In this document: in pieces, positions 45,097 through 54,298 of the stretch
Layout of the letters: the number at the start of each line of letters is the position of its first letter
Numbering within the stretch: the stretch's first letter is position 1
Virus record (IMG/VR): IMGVR_UViG_3300037755_001279
Location: 32,001 to 96,000 of that record
Length of the DNA stretch: 64,000 nucleotides
Direction: 5' to 3' (one strand)
Source: a virus
Program-made: the position numbers and the translations under genes
The notes under the pieces: generated by a model
Database searches by the model: none
Told to the model about the DNA's origin: nothing
The model's input: the letters and a program-made list of their open reading frames with translations, nothing else

Positions 45097-45841
45097 CCGT
45101 CGGACCCCTGAGCTAGGAAGAAAATGACGTACATCAAAGAGCTGTCAGTGATCGTCAAGTTGCATACCAACAAGGACGACGACGTGCGCGCCGTGGCGCT
45201 TCTTGAAGGCGAGTCGATCGACGATTTCAAGAAGCGCGTGTGTGCGATGATCGAAAGGATGTTGTCCGAAAGGATGCTGCCCGAATGATCCGCAGCTGCA
45301 CCTGCGGCGAAGGCCTCGGCGGCCGCTTCGGTGATTTCTGGGTGTACAACGACGCGCCCGCGGCCTGGCGCCACCGGTTGTGCGCCGCCTGCCAGACGTA
45401 CAAAGACGCCACGCTCGAAGGTGCCGCGCCGATCTACGGTTCGCAGGTCTGGAAGCGCGTCGTTCTCTGGTTCTTGTACTGGCTGGAGGTGCTATACCTG
45501 CGAACCAGCGGCTGGTACCGGCTGCCAAGCGATGCCGACCACTGGCAGTCCCCACGCGACTACCCGTTCACGCGCAAGGACCCGTACACCCACGGCCACG
45601 CCGTCAACGCACAGAAACAGGTCGACGGCAACCCGCGCTACCGTCGGTTGGCTGACGCTGCGCGCAAACTCCGAGAGAAAGCCGATGCCTGAACACAAGA
45701 TCCGGCGACGCGTATGATCGCCGTCTGGCTGATTCTATTCTCGATTGTCTATTGGGCGATGGTCATCGGGGCGCTAAGCATCATCGAATACCTCAGCGCG
45801 CGCCGCGGTCGAGGCAAGCCGTCGGACCCCTGAGTTATGCT
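45097..45841 (+). promoter_or_regulatory. Two GTCGG-N10 promoters sharing a 16-bp identical core
   Basis: CCGTCGGACCCCTGAG at 45097 and 45819, followed by TAGGAA (ATG 45124) and TATGCT (ATG 45850). Confidence 0.65.
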
Positions 45842-46462
45842 CGCCTGCCATGCGCCTGCCGATGCCCTTGACCAACGCTGAGAGCGTGACGCTGCGCAAG
45901 GCACTCGACGGTGCCGTCGACGAAGCACAGCGCCTATTCCTGGCCACGACGGTGATCGTAGACCCCACGAACGGAACGCCGCTAGGTGGACCTGACCCGC
46001 GCGCGGTCGACGCCGAGGTCTTGCTGTGGCTGGCCCGGCGGCTGGCGCGCAGCGGCCTGGACCTGGTCGGCGCGGCTGCGTTCGAGGCCAAGATCGCGGA
46101 GCTGGAGGGTGCGCTTGCCAACGCCGGACCACCGATTTGACACCGACTTGATCCTCTGGCATGAGGCGCTCGCCGCCCGCGGCATCGTCGTGACGACGTT
46201 CAAGTGGATGGTGTTTCACGCGGTCGTTGGCATCATCGGCACCAGCCCGCTGCGGACGGTGTACGGCGCACCGGCGCGTATTGAAACGCCTGCGTGGACC
46301 TTCACGGTGCCGTACGGCGATACAACGGTAGCCCGAGTCTGGCAGGACATGACCCGTCCGCCATTCATGGTGAAGCTCTTCATCGGCGGGCGCACTGCGT
46401 ACACACGGGCGCCTGCTGACATTCTGGACGACGTCTTACGAATGGTGGTAGCCTAAGTCACC

Positions 46463-47140
46463 ATGCACACGTACGACGCCCTGGGCGCCACCACCGCCAG
46501 CTTCGTGTGTGGATCCAGCGGCACGTGCACCGGATCCACGCGCGCCACGCAAGAAGCCTTCATCGCGCTGCAGACCCAGATCAACCGGGTCGGCGTGAGC
46601 TACGGCATCACCAAGATCGCCACGGACGGCAAGATCGGACCGTTGACGCTGCGCGCCATGACCAACCTGGCACGGGGGTTGGCGGCGAAGCTCGGCGGCA
46701 ACCTCGACCCGATCGTCGAAGAGCTGATCATCGAGGATCCGACCCACCCGGTTACCACCGCGGACCTGGCCATCAACGCCGAGCGACTCGCCGCGGCGCT
46801 ACAGCGTGACGGCACGCGCGCCGAGACCTGGGGCCCGCTGAACACCATCCGTGAAATCGCCCAGCAGATCGTCGCGGCCGGCGGCGCCGCACCGCAGGTA
46901 CCGCCGATCTCCGCCGGCGTGCCGCTGGACCCCTACCGGTCAACCACCGTGCCGCAGCCGCCGGCGACGCCGTACCCCGCCACCGCGCCGAACCTGTGGG
47001 CCTACGTGCCGCCGACAAGCGGGCAAAGCCCGGCGCCGTACATCACGGCGCTGCCCCGGCTGTCACCCCTGTGGATCGCGATCGGCGTCGGCGCCCTGGC
47101 GCTGTTCGGCGGTGTCGTGGCGGCCGTCGCGCGGCGGTAG
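46463..47140 (+). CDS. Peptidoglycan-binding-like domain protein with C-terminal transmembrane anchor
   Basis: ALQTQIN..G......DGKIGPLTLRA; Pro-rich linker; WIAIGVGALALFGGVVAAVARR. Confidence 0.6.
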   Translation: MHTYDALGATTASFVCGSSGTCTGSTRATQEAFIALQTQINRVGVSYGITKIATDGKIGPLTLRAMTNLARGLAAKLGGNLDPIVEELIIEDPTHPVTTADLAINAERLAAALQRDGTRAETWGPLNTIREIAQQIVAAGGAAPQVPPISAGVPLDPYRSTTVPQPPATPYPATAPNLWAYVPPTSGQSPAPYITALPRLSPLWIAIGVGALALFGGVVAAVARR

Positions 47141-47563
47141 GCCGATCGCGGCGCGCTGCATGGTGTTCAGCATCGCCGCCCACGTCCCAGAATCGAGCCC
47201 CGACGCGGCGAACAGGCGCGCGAGGATGCCCACCATGACCCCGGCGTCGTCCTCGTCAAAGTATTCGGTGAGCGCGGTCACCATGTCCTCGGACAACTGA
47301 CAGCTCGCCGGGTCTGGGCACTCACCGGCATCGTTCAAGATCTCGTTGTGCGCAGTCGTGATGGCGATCAGCGTGTTCCACAATGCCGACGCCGCGCCGA
47401 ACCCAAGCCAGCCGGTCATGACGGCGAACGCGCCGCCAACGAGGGACATCGCGAAGTGCTGCACCGGGTCTTCACCATCACCTGCGCCCGGCACCGCTGG
47501 GAACTTGCCCGTTACGGCACTCCGGGCCACTCGTTGAAACGCGGCGCGGTCGAGATCATCCAT
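47063..47563 (-). CDS. Hypothetical membrane-associated protein
   Basis: ATG 8 nt after a GTCGG-N10-TAGGCT promoter, divergent from trxA. Confidence 0.55.
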   Translation of the reverse strand: MDDLDRAAFQRVARSAVTGKFPAVPGAGDGEDPVQHFAMSLVGGAFAVMTGWLGFGAASALWNTLIAITTAHNEILNDAGECPDPASCQLSEDMVTALTEYFDEDDAGVMVGILARLFAASGLDSGTWAAMLNTMQRAAIGLPPRDGRHDTAEQRQGADADRDPQG

Positions 47564-47612
47564 AGGCCGGCAGCCTACCACGTCGGACCGACATGCTAGC
47601 GTCCCAAGCTGC

Positions 47613-47957
47613 ATGACCAAGACCAAGTCCGACAGCCTGACCATCGAGATCACCGACGACAACTTCGATGCCGAGGTGCTCAAGTCGGCCATCCCCGTCC
47701 TCATCGACGCCTGGGCGACCTGGTGCGGGCCCTGCAAGCACCTGGCACCGACGATCGACGCACTGGCGGACCAGTACGCCGGTAAGCTCAAGGTCGGCAA
47801 GGTCGACGTCGACGCTAACCACGACACGGCGAAGGCGCTGCGCGTCAGCTCGATCCCGGCACTGTTCATCTTCAAGGACGGCCTGGTGGTGTGGAGCTTC
47901 GTCGGCGCTGCGCCGAAGGCCAAAATCGACGCGGCGATCAAGGCGGCGCTGGCTTAG
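47613..47957 (+). CDS. trxA: Thioredoxin
   Basis: DDNFDAEVLKS..PVLIDAWATWCGPCK...KVDVD...SIP. Confidence 0.95.
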   Translation: MTKTKSDSLTIEITDDNFDAEVLKSAIPVLIDAWATWCGPCKHLAPTIDALADQYAGKLKVGKVDVDANHDTAKALRVSSIPALFIFKDGLVVWSFVGAAPKAKIDAAIKAALA

Positions 47958-48484
47958 CTGTGCCGCCAGTCGATGGTGCAGCTGACCGCGATCCCTAGTC
48001 CGATGCCGAGGGCGAGTTTGGCGGCGAGTGAGAGATCGAGCGGCCATGTCTCAATGAAATAGGCGAACGAGATCACCACGAGCACGAGAAGCCAATCAAG
48101 AAAGTCGCGTGGCATCGTCACGCCGCCGCCGTTTTGAAATCGGCATCCGACGGCCACGGCGCCCATTGATCACCTTGCAACGCTGACTCCGGGATACCCG
48201 ACACCGGGTGCCACGCCGTCCACACCGCCGGGCCGCGGCTCGCGCGCGAGTAGAACGTCACCAAGCCGTCGCGCAGCACGACGGCGTACTCACGCACTGC
48301 CGACGTGCGGACGGTGGCTGGACATTTGGCTTGTTGGAGAGCCTGGGCGAACGTCATGACGTCTTCACCGTCCCGTGCTCGACCGTTTCGCACCTGAAGT
48401 AGCCGTCGCTGTACAGCCACCAGCAGACGAAGTAGTACCGGCCGCGGCGGATGCCGCTGTCGATCAACGCGCGGCTTGACACAG

Positions 48485-48558
48485 TTGCGGGGACAGGATT
48501 TGAACCTGTGACCTTCGGGATATGAGCCCGACGAGCTACCAGACCGCTCCACCCCGCA
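48485..48558 (-). tRNA. tRNA-Met(CAT), initiator type; no encoded CCA
   Basis: Cloverleaf: acceptor UGCGGGG/CCCCGCA, anticodon stem UCGGG/CCCGA with three consecutive G-C pairs, GGTTCAAATCC T-arm. Confidence 0.92.
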
Positions 48559-48564
48559 GCGAAA

Positions 48565-48888
48565 AATCGTGTGCTCTATGCTGGCTGTCGAAGTTGGCGA
48601 GGCTGCCACCCCTCGCAAGGTCACCGTTCATTCGCGTTATTCAGTCATGCGGTGGACGTCTCCACCAACCCAGGCAGTCACTGGTGTATTTTTTTACCCG
48701 GGGCGCCGGTCTTCGCGGGCCATCGTTCTCACGACCCTTGCGCACCTTACGCTACTAGATTGGCGACCTGCCGCTCAAGATGTCTGAGCGCACCTTCCCC
48801 TCGTGACAGGGGACGTTCGGTCACACCCGCACGCCGAGATTGTTCAAGCCTCGACGGCGTTTCGGCAGCCAGCTCACAGCACACGATT
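48565..48888 (-). ncRNA. Large structured ncRNA (~325 nt), possibly a compact ROOL-like RNA
   Basis: Ends pair (48565-48592 with 48861-48888); several internal hairpins; CTTGAAAACTGAAT at the 5' end; ends 6 nt before tRNA-Met. Confidence 0.7.
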
Positions 48889-48987
48889 CAGTTTTCAAGC
48901 TCGACCTACGGCCCGAGCAAGAGGACCCTCGCATACGCGAACGCCGACGTCAAGCGCCGCGGTCAGGAAGGCGCGCTAGCTTCTGCA

Positions 48988-49134
48988 TCACCGCCGCCGG
49001 CGCCGTCGCCGGCTACCTTGCAAGCGCGGCGAATACGCCGACGCGTTGCGGGCCGCACGGCCGCGCGGGGCCTTCTTGCACTTGCGGCGCTTGGTGGGGT
49101 GCTTGAGTTTGCCGTATCGACAGGAAGTTGCCAT
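48988..49134 (-). CDS. 48-aa protamine-like basic protein (not in ORF track)
   Basis: MATSCRYGKLKHPTKRRKCKKAPRGRAARNASAYSPRLQGSRRRRRRR; ATG 6 nt after TGaTAGGCT. Confidence 0.7.
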   Translation of the reverse strand: MATSCRYGKLKHPTKRRKCKKAPRGRAARNASAYSPRLQGSRRRRRRR

Positions 49135-49138
49135 GGCG

Positions 49139-49573
49139 TCAGCCTATCACAGCCTCGGCGAGCGGGTCTAGCTCTAGCTGTTTCGCGATGTTGCGACGCT
49201 GCTGTTCGTCGGCGGCTGCGTCGAGGACGGCGTAGAACGTGTTGATGTCGGCCTCGTCCCAACGCTCATCGACGCGCAGCTGTAGCGAAGCGAGCGGCAC
49301 CGCGACGACGTCAACCAGGTCTTGGTCAGTGATCACGCGATCGGGCGCGACCTCCAGTTGCCCGATGGACCAGCCGTTGCCGCAGACACCGTTGTACAGC
49401 GGTGAGTAGGTTCCAAAGCCACCGTCGAACGGATCGACGTCGTCTGTAGATAACACCACTGCGTCTCGGTCGAGCGCGTCGTTCGGCGGCAGGTGCAGCA
49501 ACGCGTCATCAACGTCCCGCATGTGCGCTCGGTCGACGTACTGCCGGCGGTGATCATCACGGTTCCAGCTCAC
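49139..49573 (-). CDS. Hypothetical protein, DAAxxEQxRR family
   Basis: C-terminal VLDAAADEQQRR. Confidence 0.65.
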   Translation of the reverse strand: MSWNRDDHRRQYVDRAHMRDVDDALLHLPPNDALDRDAVVLSTDDVDPFDGGFGTYSPLYNGVCGNGWSIGQLEVAPDRVITDQDLVDVVAVPLASLQLRVDERWDEADINTFYAVLDAAADEQQRRNIAKQLELDPLAEAVIG

Positions 49574-49821
49574 GGCGCAGCCTGCCTTGCAGCGTCTCGG
49601 CGCTGTTGTTCGGCTTCGGCAGCGCGTAAGACGCTTGCCATGGCATCGATGTTGCCGCCGACCACGCTCACGGTTTGTTGCAGATCTAGATCAAAATGCT
49701 TGTACAGCCAGCGCACGGACCAGTGCACGCGTTCACCGTCGAATCCATTCGCGTCGTACCCGGGCAGGTCAGGAGGCGCCGCGCCAGTGGGCAGGAACAC
49801 AGGGTATGGCAGGGGCGTCAT
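49570..49821 (-). CDS. Hypothetical protein
   Basis: Coupled ORF ending VLRAAEAEQQRR. Confidence 0.6.
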   Translation of the reverse strand: MTPLPYPVFLPTGAAPPDLPGYDANGFDGERVHWSVRWLYKHFDLDLQQTVSVVGGNIDAMASVLRAAEAEQQRRDAARQAAP

Positions 49822-51572
49822 GACACCACGAGCATGTTCACGGACCGCCCGGCGTGCTCAACGGTCGACGCGTCGACTCGTGCGGCGTCGTCACCGGCGT
49901 CGAGATCACGCCGTTGCAGCTCGACCCATCCCTTGCGTTGAAAGAGCAAGAGCATCGGCGCCAGGCGCTTGAGCGGGATGCCGACCTCATCGGCAAGGTC
50001 CGCCAGGTAAACTTTCTTGGTGAAAGCGCCGTGGCTCTTGCCGCGTGCGGCGAGCGCTGCCGCCGCGGCGTTCACCCTGTCCGCCGTCGCCTTGAGCAGC
50101 GGAACGCGGTCCGGGTCAGAGTCGTCGGTTGGCACATCGACGGTGACCGTGCCAAGGGCGAGCGCCTCGGCATCCAACCGTCGGCGCGCTGCGTCGACAG
50201 GATCCTGCGGTTCGGCTGCCTGCAACCGCGCGATCAGCTTGTCGGCGACCGCCGCCGGGATCGTTCGATCGCGCTCGTGCTCGACGTCGGCCGCCAACGT
50301 TGCCAAGCGATTTTGCCAACCCACGGCCGGCTTACGTTTGTTGAGTACGTCGAGGACGCGCTTGACCAGCTTCTGGCCTCGGTCGTGCACGAGGCCGCCG
50401 TCGATAAGCGTCGGGCCGCGGCCGCGCACCATCACCCAGCTGTTCGGCTTGCGCTCTGGTGCACTGAAGCCGTACGGCGCCATGACTTTGTAGAGCGCGT
50501 CGCTGAGGTCATAGACCTTGCTCTCCTGGGTCCACTTCAACGGCTGGCCGCGGACGCACTCACGTACGATCACGTCGTTGGACTCATCGTAGCGCTTGAA
50601 CCGTGCGACGTGTTCGCGCGCACCCGGGATCTTGTTGGCCTGCTCGAAGAATGCAGCTTCGAGCGCCAGCGAACCGCGGCCAGGTCGCCCGACCTTGTAG
50701 GCGGTGCCCCCATCACAGAACACAATGCCCTCGGCACCGGCGCCCATGTACTCCAACTCGCCGGACGCCCCGGCCTTACCGGCACGTTCAACGGCACCAG
50801 GCAGCTCATCGGCTAGAACATCACGATCACGCTGCGGCACGGTATCATCGCGCAGGGTCGCCGGCGCGCCCTGTAACGGTCGCCGGGTTGCCACCCGGCC
50901 CAAGCCATTGAGCTGTCGGCGACGGCGGATCACCCAGGCCACGCCGGCGAGCGCGACCGCTGCAACCGCCGCCGCCGCCGGAATGCTCCAACGCACGCCG
51001 GTGACCGCAGGCATGAGACCGGCGCGCACGCGGTCTCGTGCCTGCAACCAGGCGTCAGCCAGCCGCTTGCCCTGGACCGCGGCACCGGCCGTGCTGAAAT
51101 GCACGCCGTCACCTGACCGGCCCTGCAAATCGGCCGTGAGCGGGCGCCAGTCGATGACGCGCGAAGCCCCGAACACGGCGACCAGGGTGGTGTAAACCTG
51201 CGGCGTCTTTGACTGCAGGTCGACGCGCGCGAAGCTCGGGGGCCCGACGGCCCACAGCTCTGCGCTGTGAAACGCTGCCGCGATCCGAGCGAACGCCACC
51301 TGGTCGGCGCTCGCGCTCATCCCGAGGTCGTTGGTCCCAAGCATCACGATGACGATGTCGGGTTGCCAGGCGGCTTCCGTCGTCGCCACGGCAGCGCCGT
51401 CCTCACCGTTCTTGCCGGACCAGAAATTGACGGCGCTGCGTGAGACCTTGCCGTTGACGCGGACGGTTGCACCGGCGGCGCGCAGCAGCGCCGCCAGTAC
51501 GCCACCGGGGGTGTTCGCCCCGGCCGACAGCGAGTCGCCGAGGATGAGGATTTTCTTGCCGCGGATGCTCAT
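49818..51572 (-). CDS. Multidomain protein: SGNH/GDSL hydrolase, TM helix, kinase-like domain, wHTH-like module
   Basis: ILGDSL, LGTND, DGVHF; TM AAAAVAAVALAGVAWVI; MGAGAEGIVF...AYKVG...E...ERKPNS...LIDGG; C-module KVYLADLA...KRLAPMLL...RKGW. Confidence 0.8.
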   Translation of the reverse strand: MSIRGKKILILGDSLSAGANTPGGVLAALLRAAGATVRVNGKVSRSAVNFWSGKNGEDGAAVATTEAAWQPDIVIVMLGTNDLGMSASADQVAFARIAAAFHSAELWAVGPPSFARVDLQSKTPQVYTTLVAVFGASRVIDWRPLTADLQGRSGDGVHFSTAGAAVQGKRLADAWLQARDRVRAGLMPAVTGVRWSIPAAAAVAAVALAGVAWVIRRRRQLNGLGRVATRRPLQGAPATLRDDTVPQRDRDVLADELPGAVERAGKAGASGELEYMGAGAEGIVFCDGGTAYKVGRPGRGSLALEAAFFEQANKIPGAREHVARFKRYDESNDVIVRECVRGQPLKWTQESKVYDLSDALYKVMAPYGFSAPERKPNSWVMVRGRGPTLIDGGLVHDRGQKLVKRVLDVLNKRKPAVGWQNRLATLAADVEHERDRTIPAAVADKLIARLQAAEPQDPVDAARRRLDAEALALGTVTVDVPTDDSDPDRVPLLKATADRVNAAAAALAARGKSHGAFTKKVYLADLADEVGIPLKRLAPMLLLFQRKGWVELQRRDLDAGDDAARVDASTVEHAGRSVNMLVVS

Positions 51573-51634
51573 GAGGAAAGCCGGCCTGTCAAGCGCCATC
51601 CTATCATGACGGACCGACGTGGTAGGGTAGATCG

Positions 51635-51985
51635 GTGCCAACGGTGAAACTCAGTGACTGGACCGATGCGCCGGTCTGGGAAATGCTTGTGCGTGGGCGG
51701 CGACCGCCGAGACTTACCGGAGACCCGCGGCGCTGGCCGGACCTCGATGCGTCGTGGCGGCGCTCGCACCACCACGCGTCTTTTGACGTCATTCGTGTGT
51801 CCGCCGGGCTGCAAGACGCCGACCTGATCGAACCTGTGCGCCGCGCCTGGGACGATCTGTGGTCGTCCCGTACAGCCGACGACGAATGGACGTTCGCGCA
51901 TATTCTTGACGCCGCCGTCGACGAACAAGACCGACGCCTCGGCAAACCGCCGCGGCCACCTAGAGCTGCCGAAGCGCCGCAATAG
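51635..51985 (+). CDS. Hypothetical protein, DAAxxEQxRR family
   Basis: TGD..RWPD...ADL...EWT...ILDAAVDEQDRR, paralogous to 53506-53943. Confidence 0.7.
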   Translation: MPTVKLSDWTDAPVWEMLVRGRRPPRLTGDPRRWPDLDASWRRSHHHASFDVIRVSAGLQDADLIEPVRRAWDDLWSSRTADDEWTFAHILDAAVDEQDRRLGKPPRPPRAAEAPQ

Positions 51986-52744
51986 TTACGCGGATCGACA
52001 GCACCACGCCCAGGTGCGCGCACGTGATGCGCAACGCGTCAAGCGCTGTATGATCATAGCATTCAACCTCCAGGCCGAACGCGTCGTTCATATACAATTC
52101 GTACAGCTGCACGAATGGACAGCCGACGTGTGAAACGTCGACGACGCCGGGCGTACGTACCGGCGATGTGTAGACTCCGCCGTCCAACAGCCGCGCAAGC
52201 GTATCCTGCACCATGACTTTGTGTCCATGCCGAAACACCACGCGCGTTGTATTGCACCACGCATGAAACGCGTCGCTTCGCGTGGCGCGCTCCGGCCCAT
52301 TCGTGCACGCGCGCCAGCCACACAACAGGTGTAGCGCTTCGATGACGTTCGTCCGATAAAACGACGTGTCGGCCGTAGACAGCCGCCGCGCGGGATTACC
52401 CGGGACTTTATCCCCGCGCGCGCAGAACACTGGTCGGAAGGTGGCACATCACGCAGCGCGGCGTGCCGCTTCAGCCAGCGCTGCGGTAAGCACATTGTCG
52501 AACGCGGCGTCATCACTTGTCGTACTTGGCGCTGCAGCCACTAACGCCGCCACCAAATCCTCGTCGGTGACCCCCATGTACCTGAGCAACACGGACAGGT
52601 TCAACACCGGAAACTTGAACGCCAGGACGTCAGGCCACTTCGTGAGGTCGCCGGTCATCGCACCGCCGGCAACTGCGCGTGCACCTGCCGCGTAGATCAT
52701 CCGGCACATGCGCAGTTGCTGTTCAAGATCGAGGTCGAGCTTCA

Positions 52745-53398
52745 TCAGTACACCGTCGTTTTGTAGAGACCGCGCAGGAAGATCCGCACCGACATACGGC
52801 AGCCGACGTGCGCGGTCGTGATGCGCAGCGCCGACACGGCAGCTACGCACTGCGGCGTGACAAGCGCCTCGAAGCCCAATTGCTGACGCACCTCGATCGG
52901 CAACACGAACAGCTGGCCGGTCTTCGGCGCGTCGGGGTCCATGTCAGACGGTGCGCCGGGCGCCTGGTATTTGGCGTCAGGCGGCAATGTTCGTAGCAAC
53001 TCGGACAGCGGCCACTCGGCACGCAGCTTCATGTTGTATTTGAACTGAACGCTGGTGGTCGCGAACCACGCTTGCGCAGCGTCACTTACGATCACCTCGC
53101 GTGGTGCCACGACAGCGGCGCGCCAGCCGTACATGATAAAATCGTGGTCTTGCGGTAGCCCACTGTACCCCGGCCGAGGCAAATTGGTGTCAGCATTGGT
53201 GGCAGAGCGCACCGGGTTTGATCCTGGAACGTACTGCGACCGTCCGACACTGAACGGATCGATCACGTTGAGCTGCCCGTTGAAATCGAACGTGCCCCAC
53301 AACTCGGTGTCACAATAGTCGTCGATGCGTACCACGCGCCCGCTGGGGAACGTCATCGTCGAAACGCCGGGCGCAACGCCTACGAAGCTGTGTGCCAT
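52745..53398 (-). CDS. Putative single jelly-roll capsid-like protein
   Basis: 217 aa, beta-rich: D.ELWGT...F...TNADTNLP..G..GLP.DH.F.MYG...LPIEVRQQLGF...VRIFLRGLYK. Pattern recalled from jelly-roll capsid proteins of tailless prokaryotic viruses; unverified. Confidence 0.5.
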   Translation of the reverse strand: MAHSFVGVAPGVSTMTFPSGRVVRIDDYCDTELWGTFDFNGQLNVIDPFSVGRSQYVPGSNPVRSATNADTNLPRPGYSGLPQDHDFIMYGWRAAVVAPREVIVSDAAQAWFATTSVQFKYNMKLRAEWPLSELLRTLPPDAKYQAPGAPSDMDPDAPKTGQLFVLPIEVRQQLGFEALVTPQCVAAVSALRITTAHVGCRMSVRIFLRGLYKTTVY

Positions 53399-53447
53399 GT
53401 TGTTGAGCCCGGTGGTTTTGGTTGAAGGCAGCGCCACGCGAAGCCGC

Positions 53448-53495
53448 AACCTACCAGCACCCTCCGACGGACCCGTCGGCCCGCCGTGCTACGGT
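53448..53495. promoter_or_regulatory. Divergent GTCGG-N10-TAnnnT promoter pair
   Basis: - strand GTCGG 53468-53464 with TAGGTT; + strand GTCGG 53475 with TACGGT 53490. Confidence 0.7.
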
Positions 53496-53505
53496 TCGTT
53501 CCAAC

Positions 53506-53943
53506 GTGTCCGATCAACGTGGGTACCTGCAGCCGACCGGCGATTCATTTCGCTGGCCGGACGTGCTCGACGCATGGGCGTATTGGGAGCACACCGACCC
53601 GGCACGGAAGCTGCCGGCGCTGCTCGCGCCGCTGCGCGCGCGCAGCGGCAAGTCCCCGTGTGACTACTTCGACGCCGACCTGAAAGACGCGATCTGCGCC
53701 GCCGTCGACGGCGTCGACATCGAAAACCGATCGGTCGACGAAGATTGGACCAGCGCCAGCATCATTGATGCTGCCGTCGCCGAGCAATGTCGGCGCGATG
53801 GCATCATGGACGCCACGCGGCTGCGCACACCAGCGCGGCTCCAGTCGCTGTCCCGGTATCGCGGCAAATGCGACACACGCGACACGTACTTCGCCGAGAT
53901 CAGGGCGATCTACAACGGCGTGATCAAGCGCACCGTCGTCTAA
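53506..53943 (+). CDS. Hypothetical protein, DAAxxEQxRR family
   Basis: TGDSFRWPD...DADL...DWT...IIDAAVAEQCRR. Confidence 0.7.
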   Translation: MSDQRGYLQPTGDSFRWPDVLDAWAYWEHTDPARKLPALLAPLRARSGKSPCDYFDADLKDAICAAVDGVDIENRSVDEDWTSASIIDAAVAEQCRRDGIMDATRLRTPARLQSLSRYRGKCDTRDTYFAEIRAIYNGVIKRTVV

Positions 53944-54242
53944 CGCTTCAAGAAGCGCGAACCGGCGCCATAGCCCCGGATCACCGCCGTGCCGACGGCG
54001 AACGCCAGGACACCCCAGCCGACGGCCGCGGTGGTGAAGTCGGCGATGGCGTTGTCACCGGTGCCTGCAGCCGCCGCGTCATCGGACCAGGCGTCACCCA
54101 GCTGACCACGCGGCAGACAGCCGACGCCAGGCGGACAGCCGAGCCACTGATCGCGGTCGTCACGACCCAAGCCGACGCGGCGGAAGAAACGGGTGACCGG
54201 GCCGGGGGCACCGGCGCCGCTGAGGGTGAGGGTGGTGGGCAT
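53940..54242 (-). CDS. Small membrane protein with LSG/LG motifs
   Basis: TM AAVGWGVLAFAVGTAVI near the C-terminus. Confidence 0.65.
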   Translation of the reverse strand: MPTTLTLSGAGAPGPVTRFFRRVGLGRDDRDQWLGCPPGVGCLPRGQLGDAWSDDAAAAGTGDNAIADFTTAAVGWGVLAFAVGTAVIRGYGAGSRFLKR

Positions 54243-54298
54243 GGTGGTTGCTAGCGTATCACGGCGTCGGTGGGCTGTGGTAACGTGAACCGCCGCCG

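Noticed and set aside
47564-47941. N-terminal extension of ORF 47063-47941 and other long antisense ORFs (27358-28503, 49854-50816, 60030-61211, 11470-12591)
   Set aside because: Shadow frames of well-supported genes on the opposite strand, typical of high-GC DNA.
48118-48624. 168-aa ORF spanning the tRNA-Met
   Set aside because: Its N-terminal part is read-through of the tRNA and ncRNA; only a shorter downstream portion is plausible.
48565-48888. RNase P RNA, tmRNA or group I intron identity for the ncRNA
   Set aside because: No GAGGAAAGUCC (RNase P), no tRNA-Ala-like ends or tag ORF (tmRNA), and no interrupted host gene.
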